Positions 31,085 to 40,771 of a stretch of 64,000 bases of DNA are shown one piece after another. The notes under the pieces are model-generated. The model searched no databases. It saw nothing but the letters and a program-made list of their open reading frames with translations, and was not told the DNA's origin. Every line of letters starts with the position of its first letter. Position 1 is the first letter of the stretch. This stretch comes from Nannocystis bainbridge. GTDB taxonomy: Bacteria > Myxococcota_A > Polyangia > Nannocystales > Nannocystaceae. The stretch lies in contig NZ_JAQNDL010000003.1 in NCBI RefSeq assembly GCF_028368995.1, positions 1,792,001 to 1,856,000 of the forward strand, written 5' to 3'. The position numbers and the translations under genes were made by a program.

Positions 31085-31751
31085 GATGTCACCCTTCCGC
31101 TCGAGCGAGCCCGAGTCGACGGGGTATAGCCGCGAGGACCGCCGCACGCCTTGGGATTCAAAGCAAAAACCGGCACCCGAACCTCACGGAGCGCCGCCCG
31201 TGCACGTGCGCGGCGCCCCTGCTATCGCGCGAGCACCCGAGCGAGTCCGACCGCAGACCGTCCGCACCGGCGCCGGGAATAGTCGCAAAGCGCGTCCGGT
31301 TGTCGTCGGCTGGCCAGGCGCCGCAGCGCTGAAGAACCACCGCCACTGCCCGCTACGATCATTCACGACCTCGCCGCGCTCGACCCTTGTCGTCATTCAC
31401 CCGGGCCACACGACGGCCCTTCCTCACGACCACCGATGCTCGCAAACCGCCGCCACTCACGGGAATGCCCCGGCCACGGCGGCAGTCGTTCGAGCGTGTC
31501 GTCGAGCAGCGCCTCCCGCAGCCTCCCTGAGAGCAGACACGGACTGTGGTCATTCAACCCCGACCGCACCAACTTGGAGTCTGCAGATTCCTGGTCGCGG
31601 TATCGACACTGACAGCACGGTGGAGCGCGACCTCGAAGCGCCCGAGCGCCCTTCTTGACCAGGCGCTCGTTTACGGCTTCGAAACCTCCCACTGGCCCGG
31701 CCGGTCAGAAACGTGCTCGAGGCCTCCGGAGCGCCATGGAATGGCCCGACG

Positions 31752-32774
31752 TCACGGCGGCTTCGCGTCGCCGAGCAGGTGGGTCGTGAAGCGGTAGAGC
31801 ACCTCGAAATCGCGGTTGATGGCGTTGAGCTGGGTCTTGAGCGCGTCGTACATGCGCTCGCGGACCTCGACCAGAGCGCCGTCGTAGGTCCCGCCGGTGC
31901 TGTAGAGCACGGCCTCGGCGAGCGCCCGGTCGGGCGGCGCGAAGGTGTCGCGGATGATGTGCTGCCAGTCCGCCAGCAGCTGCTCGCGCGGCGTCGACTC
32001 CTCCGCGGTCTTCGGCGTCGTGAGGAGGCCGAACACGAACGGCGGGTAGAGCCGCTCCGGATCTTCGCCCGTGACGATCGGCGGGAACAGGTTGCGCTCG
32101 TGAGCGAAGACGATCCGATCGCGCTTGGGTGCCAGCGCCGCGAATCCCAGGGCGGCCGCGGCGGCTCCGCCGGTGATTCCGAGGACTGCGGGGCCGTCGG
32201 AGTCGGTCCGGCGCAGCTCCCACAGGCCCGCGCCCAGGGCCGCGATGGCGCTGACGGCGGTGGACGCGATCGTCAGCGACATCTGCTGCTTGCGGGTGCG
32301 GCGCTCGAGCTCGAGCAGCACCGTCTCGACCTGCTCGTCGTAGCAGTCGGCCTCGAACAGCAACGAGTCGAGCTCGATCTCCAGCGCCGCGATCCGCGTC
32401 ACCACATACAGCCGCGCCGCGAGCAGCTCGAGCGGTCGCTCGGCCGGCGTCGCCTGGGCCCGCAGCAGCTCGATCAAGCTCCGCTCCAGCCCGGCGGCCC
32501 GCGCGACCCGGCGCACGTCCGCGGGCACGCCCGCCAGCTCGGCGAGCAGCGCCGGATCGTCGACGGCCTCGTCGAGGCGCATGTAGCCGACGCCCCGCCG
32601 TCCCGCCGTCGTCCGGCGACAATCGGCGTTCGCGAACGGGTCGACCACGAACGCCGAGCGCGGCGGCCGAGCGGGCAGCGAGCGGCTGACGAGGGTGGCG
32701 CAGCCGCTCGCCGCCAGAGCCGTCAGCAGCGCTCGCGTCGCCAGCGAGGTGGGCTTCCCGATCACTCCCTGCAC
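31752..32774 (-). CDS. Hypothetical lipoprotein/membrane protein
   Basis: Lipobox LAASGC; coiled-coil region and two TM-like segments; start uncertain. Confidence 0.65.
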   Translation of the reverse strand: MQGVIGKPTSLATRALLTALAASGCATLVSRSLPARPPRSAFVVDPFANADCRRTTAGRRGVGYMRLDEAVDDPALLAELAGVPADVRRVARAAGLERSLIELLRAQATPAERPLELLAARLYVVTRIAALEIELDSLLFEADCYDEQVETVLLELERRTRKQQMSLTIASTAVSAIAALGAGLWELRRTDSDGPAVLGITGGAAAAALGFAALAPKRDRIVFAHERNLFPPIVTGEDPERLYPPFVFGLLTTPKTAEESTPREQLLADWQHIIRDTFAPPDRALAEAVLYSTGGTYDGALVEVRERMYDALKTQLNAINRDFEVLYRFTTHLLGDAKPP

Positions 32775-32814
32775 TTATTAGCGCGCTTACGCCGGCCCCG
32801 CGAACCGGCGCACC

Positions 32815-33615
32815 TCACGGGCAGAGCTTGTTCAGCTCCGGGCAGTAGTTGGCCACGACCTCGCCGGCGATGTCCCAGCCGTCGGCCTTCAACGCGATCG
32901 TGAACGAGACGTGGGCGTCGGGCACGATCGGCGTCACCTCCGGGTCGCACCACAGCGTGTCCTCGGAGCCGCTGTCATACTCGGAGATCGTGATCTCGCC
33001 CGTGATGTTCGCGGACTGGCCGCCGAAGTGCGCCCACACCTCTGCAGGGCCGGTGCCGAGGAAGTCGGAGGGCCACATGCCCATGTAGTTGCTGACTGCG
33101 ATCTCCAGGTGGTCGACGCCCTGGATCTCGAAGATTGGCGCCTCCACGCCGGATGCCTCGGGATACAAGTAAAGGAACCGCTGGCCGCCGCATTCGCCGC
33201 CCGAGATGCTGTAGACGGCCCACGGCAGGGCTCTCGTGCCGACTGGCGTCTGGGCCTGCACGCTCGACGTCGGCTCCTCCGGAGCGACGCAGCACGGCGC
33301 CGCCTCCCCGGTCGTGCCGCCTTCGGTGGCCGTCGATTCCCCGCTCGAGCTGTCGCCCGTCGTCGAGGTCACCGACGTCGTGCCGGTGGTCGACGACTCT
33401 GCGCCCGTGCTGTCGGTCGTCGTCGAGATCTCGGTGGTCGGCGTGCCGGTGGTCGGCGCCTCGGTGGTGCTCGTCGAAGGGCTCGGCGTGTCCGTCGACG
33501 AAGCGCTGGTGCTCGATGGATCGGGGTCTGTCGCGGTCGAGCCGCCCTGCGGCGCCTCCGGTCCGCACGCCGCCATCAACCACCAGCTCATCGTGAGTCG
33601 CTGCATCCGTCGCAT
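32815..33615 (-). CDS. Ser/Thr-rich lipoprotein
   Basis: WWLMAAC lipobox, long S/T linker, Cys-containing beta domain; start uncertain (33606-33624). Confidence 0.7.
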   Translation of the reverse strand: MRRMQRLTMSWWLMAACGPEAPQGGSTATDPDPSSTSASSTDTPSPSTSTTEAPTTGTPTTEISTTTDSTGAESSTTGTTSVTSTTGDSSSGESTATEGGTTGEAAPCCVAPEEPTSSVQAQTPVGTRALPWAVYSISGGECGGQRFLYLYPEASGVEAPIFEIQGVDHLEIAVSNYMGMWPSDFLGTGPAEVWAHFGGQSANITGEITISEYDSGSEDTLWCDPEVTPIVPDAHVSFTIALKADGWDIAGEVVANYCPELNKLCP

Positions 33616-34032
33616 CCGCCCCATCCTAGCATTCGCGACGGGCTCGCGCGGGGGAACTGGCGCAGGCCTCGTACCTCGCTCGCCGCGAGGCCCGCGCGCA
33701 CTGTCTCGCTCGACGGATTCGAGCCGGCCTGGCCATCGCCGTCCCGACGGCTCGCGCTTCATTCGGTGGGTCTTTGGCGCGTGATGCAGGCCGCGGGCCG
33801 CCGCGAGGTCGGCCCGCCAAGCAGTTGCGCGCGCGCCGGTCGACGCGCGCGCGAGTTCGTCACTCTCGCCCTGCCGGCACCCGCAGTCGCGCCCCCTCCT
33901 CCCTCGCCATTTTCCCTCCTGGCTCGCCCACGACGCAGAATTTAGCCAATTTATGTCGACCTCGCCAGCCCGCGGAACTACCGGGGAGCAAGGCCGCGAA
34001 GCGAGCGGCTGCGAATCACGGAGAACCACACC

Positions 34033-34425
34033 ATGACGACCTACAAGAAGATGAAGTGCTACAACCTCATGACCGGCGATTTCGTGGGCTATCTGGGCAC
34101 CCACGACAACTACCTCACGTTGACCGACGCCGACGGCGCGGCCACTTTCGTGTGGTCGTCGGAGGGCGCGGACCTCTACCTCGAGAAGGAGACCACGCCG
34201 AACGATCGCTACCTCGGCCTCGCCGAGCGGGACTATGCCGGCTGGGGCCTCAAGGGCGGCTGGCGCAACCCCGTCATCTTCAACAGCGACGGCTCGATCT
34301 CGCTCAAGGACGAGCCGCGGCGCAAGCTGTACGGCCCGATCTCCAAGATCTCCGCCAACTACATCGCCTTCACCGAAGCCGGTGACAGCAACCAGAACAT
34401 CCTGAAGTTCGAGCTGCAATCCTGA
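34033..34425 (+). CDS. Small all-beta hypothetical protein (possibly beta-trefoil)
   Basis: GGAG RBS; strongly coding codon pattern; no signal peptide. Confidence 0.75.
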   Translation: MTTYKKMKCYNLMTGDFVGYLGTHDNYLTLTDADGAATFVWSSEGADLYLEKETTPNDRYLGLAERDYAGWGLKGGWRNPVIFNSDGSISLKDEPRRKLYGPISKISANYIAFTEAGDSNQNILKFELQS

Positions 34426-34534
34426 GCCCTGGCGAGGCGCGCGAGCGAGGTGTGCCGCCTCACCTCGCTCGCCGCCCTCGCGCGTCCCGGACCCGGAGCT
34501 GCGCAGTACGATACCTGTGACCGGAGGCTGAGCC

Positions 34535-35332
34535 GTGACGGATTACAAGATCACCCTCACCAACAATTCCCCCGTCGACCTCTACGCGTTCGAGGTCACG
34601 CCTGCCGGCTCCGAAGTCACGCTGAATTGTCCGCCGGGGTCGACCTTCGTCAAGATCCCCGCGGGCGCCAGCGGCGTGCACATCGCCGGCTTCAATCCCC
34701 CGCACACCGACTCCTGGGGGTGGATCGGCGTCGGTCTGGCCGACGGGGACCGCGCCTATCAGGTGTACTGCGAGCGCACCTACGACGGTTACCATCGCTA
34801 CGCGGAGTTCGGCCGCTACGACCCCGGCAACACCGAGCAGGACTCCAACAAGTCGCCGCTGCCCGGCGGCGTCGCGCGGTCCAGCGTCACCGACGAATCC
34901 TACGACTACGTGTTCGACGGCAGCACCGTCGCCTACGAGCTCGCGTTGGGTCCCTGGCCCGAGGTCGACGGCTTCGTCTGGCAGTCCTATGCTTTCGCCG
35001 ACAGCTCGTGGATGCCGCTGCTGGCGTCGCTCTCGACCCGGGCGGCCCCGAGCCAGACCTCCTGCGGAATAGAGGTCGACAGCGCCACCACCACCCTCGA
35101 TCTGACCATCCGCAACGCCACCGGTCGACCGTTCATCGTCGACGTCGTCCAGGACGATACACGGCGGTGGTCCGAGACCGTGCTCGTCTCGATCACCATC
35201 CGCGTGCCGCTGCAGCTGGCCACCGGCGCCAGCTCGGTGATTCACATCACCGGCAACTACCTCGACGGCGAGTCGATCCCGCCGCTCTCGCTCCCCGATC
35301 CGGTCTTCACGATCAAGCGCAAGGGCGGCTGA
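34535..35332 (+). CDS. All-beta hypothetical protein
   Basis: GGAGG RBS with GTG start; natural amino-acid composition; no signal peptide. Confidence 0.72.
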   Translation: MTDYKITLTNNSPVDLYAFEVTPAGSEVTLNCPPGSTFVKIPAGASGVHIAGFNPPHTDSWGWIGVGLADGDRAYQVYCERTYDGYHRYAEFGRYDPGNTEQDSNKSPLPGGVARSSVTDESYDYVFDGSTVAYELALGPWPEVDGFVWQSYAFADSSWMPLLASLSTRAAPSQTSCGIEVDSATTTLDLTIRNATGRPFIVDVVQDDTRRWSETVLVSITIRVPLQLATGASSVIHITGNYLDGESIPPLSLPDPVFTIKRKGG

Positions 35333-38229
35333 TCCATCGCCTGCCACGCGTCGATCTGCGCCACCGGCTCGCGCATCTCGCGGGCCGCGTAGTCCGTGCG
35401 CGCCTCGCGGGCCAGCTGTCGCGCCCGCGGTGAACGACGCCCCTCGGCCGCCGCCAGCGCGCGTGCCAGCGAGAACTTCAGATCGGCGGTCTCCAGCGGC
35501 TCCGCGCCGCTCGCCAGCTGCAGCGCCAGCGCGCGCTCGAGATCGCCGATCGCCTGCCGGGGCAGCCCCTCGGCCAGCGCGACCTGACCGCGGCCCTTGA
35601 GCGGCAGCGCCAGGCTCGGATCGTCGACCGCCACCGTCGACTGGTAGATCACCAGCGCGCGCTCGAAGCTGATGCGCGCCTCGTTCATGCGACCCAGCGC
35701 GAGCTCTGATTCACCGAGGTTGCTGTGGAGGCGAGCCACCAGCGCGTGCGTCGGCCCGAGCACGCGCTCGCGGATCTGCAGCGCCGCCCGATACGCCGCG
35801 ATCGAGGCCGCGAGGTCGCGGGTGAAGAAGCACAGCACGCCGCGCGCCTCGTGCAGCTCGGCGAGCAGCTCGTGCGCCGGCCCCAGCGCGCGCACGTGGA
35901 CGGCGAGCACGGCGTCGAGCCGCGCGAGGCCGGCCGCGAACGCGCCCGCGAGCATGTCGAGCCGGACCCGCACGAACTCGATCCGCGAAAGGCTCAGCGA
36001 GTCGGCGCCGAAGGCCGCGCGCGCGATGGCCCCGGCCGCGTCGAGATGCGCGCGCGCGCTTGCGAGGTCGCCGGTGTCGATGGCGAGCAGCGCGAGGTCG
36101 AACAGGTGATCGCCGGCCGCCGGCGAATCCTCGCCCCAGCGGCCCCGCGCGGCCCCGAGGCCCGCTTCCAGCACCGCCCGCGCCTCGTCCTGGCGGCCGA
36201 GCTGGGCCAGCATCCCGGCGATGTTCAGCCCCTGCGACTCGACGCGCGCGTCGTCGCCGAGCCGCCGCGCCGCCTCGCGGACCTGCTCGTGCACCGCCAG
36301 CGCCTCCGCGAAGCGCCCGGCCTGCGCCAGCTGCCGCGCCCCGGCCACGCGCAGCGCCAGGCCCCGCGCGTCCGCCGGGCGACCGAGCCGCCGCAGCGCC
36401 GCGTCGGCCTCGTCGATGAGCCACTGCTCGAGCTCGGGCCTGGACCAGCGCCCGCTCGCCGCCTCGGCCGCCTCGACCCGCAGCGTCGCCGCGAGCTCGT
36501 CGAGCCGCCCAGCCTCCGCCTCGCGCGCGACCGCGACGAGCTGCGGGACCCCGCGCGTGGTCTGCTCGCGCAGCAGATCGAGCCGCGCCGGGAATGCCTC
36601 GAGCTCGAGCCGCAGCGGCCCATATCTCGCACCAACAGCCTCGGCCGCAAAATCATCGACGCTCGCCTGCGCCCGCGCGAGCGCCCCGGCGGCCGCCAGC
36701 GCGCCGGCCCGCGCCAGCACGTCGTAGCCGCGCAGGACCGCCTCGCGCCCCGGCTCGTCCGCCGGCATCGGCTCGATCTGCGCCAGCCGCTCCGGATCGT
36801 CGCAGTCGCTCAGCGCTGGCAAGCTCGCCAACAATGCGGGCGCCCGCCCGGCCAGCGGCTCGTCGCCGCCCGCGGCCAGCAAGGTGTCGATCACCACCTG
36901 CACGCGCCGGCGCTTGCGCTCGAGACACGCATTGCGCAGGTCCAGCGCCGTGTCGGATTGCACCCCCTCGATACGCGTCGCCACGCACGCGGCCCGCCGC
37001 GCCTCCTGCCATTCACGCGCCCACCCGTCGAAGCCCGTGATCAATGTCGACACCGTGGTCTGCGCAAAGGCCAGCGAGCTCTCTTCTAAAAAACGCCCGC
37101 GCAGCGCATTGCGGCGCGCATCGTCCCAGGTGCCCACGAGCGCCTCCGGGTCGGCCGCGCACGCCGGCGGAGGTTCGGGCGCGACCCACTGCGACGCCGC
37201 GGCCCCGGCCACCAGCGCCCCCAGAGTCGCTCCGCCCAGCGCCAGACCGAGCCGGCGCCGCGGCCCGTCGACGACGGCCTCGAGCTCGGCCAGGAAATCA
37301 CCGAGCGATCTGAAGCGCCCCCGCGGATCGGCCGCGAGCCCGCGCGACAGGGCGCGGCTGAGCCGCGGCGACACCCCCTCGATCGTCGCCCGCTCGCCCA
37401 CCGCCGGCCGCCTCCCGGCGAGTGACTCCCAGATCGCCACGCACAGCGCGTACTGATCGGCCGCCGCGTCGACCTCGCGCCCCGCGAGCTGCTCGGGCGC
37501 GGCGTAGGCCCGCGTGCCCACGAACCCGGCGCTGCGCGGCGTCGCCTCGCCGCTCGCGCTGCTCTCCTGCGTGAGAGTGGACGCGTCCGAATCGCCGTGC
37601 AGCGTGTGCACCAGCCCGAAGTCGATCAGCCGCGCCCGACCGTCGTCCCCGATCAGCACGTTGCTGGGCTTGACGTCGCGGTGCACCAGCCCGGCCGCGT
37701 GCACCGCGACCAGCCCGCGCCCCACCGCGATCCAGTGCTTCAAGATCGCCGTCGACGTGGGCCGCGGCGTGCGCGTGAGATAGTCGCGCATCGTCGTGCC
37801 AGGCACGTACTCCATGGCGATCCACACCCGCGCGTCCGTCAATCCGGCCTCGAACACCGTGATGATGTTGGGATGCGCGAGCCGGGCCAGGCTCCGCGCC
37901 TCTCGCAGCGCCCGCTCGCGCTGACTCGCAGGCACGTCGCGGGTGTCGATGAGCTTGACGGCGACAGTGCGCTCGAGCTGCGGATCGAACCCGCGATAGA
38001 CGACACCCATGCCGCCCTCGCCGATCCGCTCGCGCAGCTCGAAGCGACCGAAGCGCGGCGCCCCGGCCTGCTGCCCGAACATCGCGGTCAGCAGCCGCGC
38101 CCGCACCAGCTCGGCGTCGACGCTGTCAGGCAGCATCAGCCCGGCCGGCTCTTGATCCGCGTCCGTCATCACTCGACTAACCAGCTCCGCCGCGCTCGCT
38201 TCGCCGGGCATCGGCCCCGAGTATGTCAT
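35257..38229 (-). CDS. Ser/Thr protein kinase with TM segment and C-terminal TPRs
   Basis: GEGGMG, VAVK, HRDVKPSN, DFG and APE motifs; TPR repeats (HSNLGESELALG). Confidence 0.93.
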   Translation of the reverse strand: MTYSGPMPGEASAAELVSRVMTDADQEPAGLMLPDSVDAELVRARLLTAMFGQQAGAPRFGRFELRERIGEGGMGVVYRGFDPQLERTVAVKLIDTRDVPASQRERALREARSLARLAHPNIITVFEAGLTDARVWIAMEYVPGTTMRDYLTRTPRPTSTAILKHWIAVGRGLVAVHAAGLVHRDVKPSNVLIGDDGRARLIDFGLVHTLHGDSDASTLTQESSASGEATPRSAGFVGTRAYAAPEQLAGREVDAAADQYALCVAIWESLAGRRPAVGERATIEGVSPRLSRALSRGLAADPRGRFRSLGDFLAELEAVVDGPRRRLGLALGGATLGALVAGAAASQWVAPEPPPACAADPEALVGTWDDARRNALRGRFLEESSLAFAQTTVSTLITGFDGWAREWQEARRAACVATRIEGVQSDTALDLRNACLERKRRRVQVVIDTLLAAGGDEPLAGRAPALLASLPALSDCDDPERLAQIEPMPADEPGREAVLRGYDVLARAGALAAAGALARAQASVDDFAAEAVGARYGPLRLELEAFPARLDLLREQTTRGVPQLVAVAREAEAGRLDELAATLRVEAAEAASGRWSRPELEQWLIDEADAALRRLGRPADARGLALRVAGARQLAQAGRFAEALAVHEQVREAARRLGDDARVESQGLNIAGMLAQLGRQDEARAVLEAGLGAARGRWGEDSPAAGDHLFDLALLAIDTGDLASARAHLDAAGAIARAAFGADSLSLSRIEFVRVRLDMLAGAFAAGLARLDAVLAVHVRALGPAHELLAELHEARGVLCFFTRDLAASIAAYRAALQIRERVLGPTHALVARLHSNLGESELALGRMNEARISFERALVIYQSTVAVDDPSLALPLKGRGQVALAEGLPRQAIGDLERALALQLASGAEPLETADLKFSLARALAAAEGRRSPRARQLAREARTDYAAREMREPVAQIDAWQAMDQPPLRLIVKTGSGSESGGIDSPSR

Positions 38230-38361
38230 TTCATCACGAGCGCGACCCGCGAGTCAGCCCTCGTTCGGATCTGCGCACAGCCACGCCGGCGAGCGACACC
38301 GCGTGATAAGGTCGAACCGGGCCCCGGCGCCCGCCGCCGCTGCGCGACGACCCCGCTCTCC

Positions 38362-38949
38362 ATGCCCCGTTCGTTCCTCGAACTGATGCGCGACCTGGGC
38401 GCGCGGCTCAGCGGCCGACCCGTGCCGCAACGCTGGAAGCGAGATCGGTCGCGCGACCACCTGGACGACTACCGCATCCTCTGGCGCCTCGAGGGCGAGC
38501 CCTGCGAGGTGTACCTGTTCGGGCGCTGGGCCGGGTACAGCCATCCGGTGGTGCCTTGCGACCCACTCACCTTCGAGCGGTCCCTGCATGCCCGCTCGCT
38601 GTGCCGCGCCTACGTGCGCGAACTCGGCGGCGAGCCGCTCATGGTCCGATTCGCCTGCCATGCCGCGCACGACCGAGAGCTCGCCACACCGACCGATCGG
38701 GTGCCCGGCTGCTATGCCCTCGAGGGCTCCGACGACGATGCGCCGCGACCAGGAGCGCCGCTCGATCGGAGCGCCGCGGCGATGTCGGACCGCTTGCTCC
38801 TCGTCAAGCAGGGACCGCCCGGCGGGCCGGCGACCGCGATCTCGCGTACCCTGAATTGGGTCTATTCGTTCGAGTACGAGTACGACGGCACCGGCGCCCT
38901 GCAGGCGACCTTCGCCGTGAAGCAGAGCGGCCGCCACAAGCTCCCGTGA
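38362..38949 (+). CDS. Hypothetical protein
   Basis: Natural composition, and its C-terminal part has a diverged copy at 46881, which supports the reading frame. Confidence 0.65.
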   Translation: MPRSFLELMRDLGARLSGRPVPQRWKRDRSRDHLDDYRILWRLEGEPCEVYLFGRWAGYSHPVVPCDPLTFERSLHARSLCRAYVRELGGEPLMVRFACHAAHDRELATPTDRVPGCYALEGSDDDAPRPGAPLDRSAAAMSDRLLLVKQGPPGGPATAISRTLNWVYSFEYEYDGTGALQATFAVKQSGRHKLP

Positions 38950-39130
38950 GCGCGCCGCTGCCCGAGCAAGACGATCTCGGCCGTGGCCGGACGCGTACGA
39001 ATGCGACCGGTGGCCAGAGTCATCCCCTGGCGACAATCATCGCCGCGACCGGGAGCCGGGGCCGACCTGCGCGGGCGCGGAGGCCGGCATTACATGTCCA
39101 TGAGGACATGTCTCAAGAGACTGCCGCGTA

Positions 39131-40702
39131 TCAACGGCCGTACACGCACAGCTTGGCGATGAAGAAGTACTCCGGCCGCGTCTTGACCACCGCGATATAG
39201 CGGTAGGGCGTCGGGTCGTCGATCTCGGCCATGAACACGTCGCGGAACGGCCGCGGCCGCGGCCCCTGGACCGCCAGGACCACGTGACCGTGGCTCATGT
39301 CGGGGTTGTTCGAGGCCAGGATCGCGAAATTTTGCCGCGTCTCCGGCTGGTCGCCGTCCTGGCGCGTGACCAGGTCGATGCGGCCCAGGGCGCGGGCTTC
39401 GCCGAGGTCGACTTGCCAGAAGCTCGCGTTGTCGCCGCCCACGGGCGACCAGCCGCCGGACGCGATCGGGCCGCCGTCGTTGGCCTTGTTCGCCGTGTAC
39501 TCCGGGCTGTACACCGACGACGCGACCGCCGGCTTGCCCGCAGCGAGGTCGGTCGGCCGGGCGTACGCGTGCAGCTTGGCGATGAAGAAGTACTCGTCGA
39601 CGGTCTTGACCGCCCGGATATAGCGATAGGGCGTCGGGTCGAGCACCTGCAGGTTGAAGATGCCCTTGTTCGGCCCTGCCTCGCCGTCGAGGCCGCCGAG
39701 GACCACGTGGCCGTGGCTCATGTCGGGGTTGTTCGAGGCCCAGATCTGGAAGTTCCGGCGCGTCTCGGGCTGATCGCCGTCCTGCCGCGAGACCAACTGG
39801 ATCGCGTTGAGCGAGGTGGGCTGGCCGAGGTCGACCTGCCAGAACGGCCGCCTGTCCTCGCCGGTCGGCGACCACCCGCCGGAGGCGGCCGAGCCGCCGT
39901 CGTTGGCCCGCTGCGGCGGGTAGTCGGCGCTGTACTGCGACGAGCCGTAGGCGGGCTTGCCGGCGGCGACATCGATGAGCGTCGGCTTGCCCGCGTTCGT
40001 GTCGAGCTGGACGGCCGCCGGATCGCTCGGTGCCAGCACCGACCAGAAGGTCGTGAACGTCGAGAGACCCATGCTCACCAGGCCCGCGCCCGCGCCGACC
40101 AGCGCGACCACCCCGCCGGCGACCGTCGCGCCCGCGGCCAGGGACCCGGTCGCCGCCCCGGCCACGACTCCTGCGATTCCCCCGATCCCCGCCAGGACGA
40201 CGCCGCTCAGGACCACGACGCCGCCGGCGATGCCGAGGCCGAGCAACACCGCGTCCTTGTGGCTCAGCCCCTGCCGCCATTTGCGCCGCAGCGCCACCTT
40301 GCCCCGCGAATCGAGCCACAGCTCCCAGCCCGACCAGTTGATGCCCTGCGCGTTGCCCTGCGTCCCGGCCTCGACCCATGCGACCAGCTCGCCCCCGGCG
40401 TTGAAGTGATGCACGTAGTCCCACGCCGTCTCGGGCCGGGCGTAGATCTTGAATCGATGCTCGATGCGCTTGCCGTTGAACTCGGCGATCACCAGGAGGT
40501 GCTGGTCGCGGGCGTTGTCCCACGGGATCATCAGGTCCTGGTATTCGCGCTCCTCGCCGCGCGGGATCACGATCGACGTGTCGCGCTGCACCTCGTGGCC
40601 GGTCGCCTTGTCCTTGGGGCGCTGATCGAAGTCATGCAATTGAAACGTCAAGGTCCCGGTCGGGTGATCGTTGACGACATTCTCGATGAAACAAATGGCC
40701 AT
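39131..40702 (-). CDS. Protein with an unknown N-terminal domain, a Gly-rich hydrophobic hairpin and two F5/8 type C (discoidin) domains
   Basis: GAGGAG RBS; two AAGKPA..SS.YS..ANDG..WS..FWQVDLG repeats; no signal peptide. Confidence 0.85.
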   Translation of the reverse strand: MAICFIENVVNDHPTGTLTFQLHDFDQRPKDKATGHEVQRDTSIVIPRGEEREYQDLMIPWDNARDQHLLVIAEFNGKRIEHRFKIYARPETAWDYVHHFNAGGELVAWVEAGTQGNAQGINWSGWELWLDSRGKVALRRKWRQGLSHKDAVLLGLGIAGGVVVLSGVVLAGIGGIAGVVAGAATGSLAAGATVAGGVVALVGAGAGLVSMGLSTFTTFWSVLAPSDPAAVQLDTNAGKPTLIDVAAGKPAYGSSQYSADYPPQRANDGGSAASGGWSPTGEDRRPFWQVDLGQPTSLNAIQLVSRQDGDQPETRRNFQIWASNNPDMSHGHVVLGGLDGEAGPNKGIFNLQVLDPTPYRYIRAVKTVDEYFFIAKLHAYARPTDLAAGKPAVASSVYSPEYTANKANDGGPIASGGWSPVGGDNASFWQVDLGEARALGRIDLVTRQDGDQPETRQNFAILASNNPDMSHGHVVLAVQGPRPRPFRDVFMAEIDDPTPYRYIAVVKTRPEYFFIAKLCVYGR

Positions 40703-40771
40703 GGTTGCTCCTCGCGGCCGTCAAGCTAGGAGCAGTCGTCGCGGGCGCCTATCCCTCGATCGGCGTAGGTC

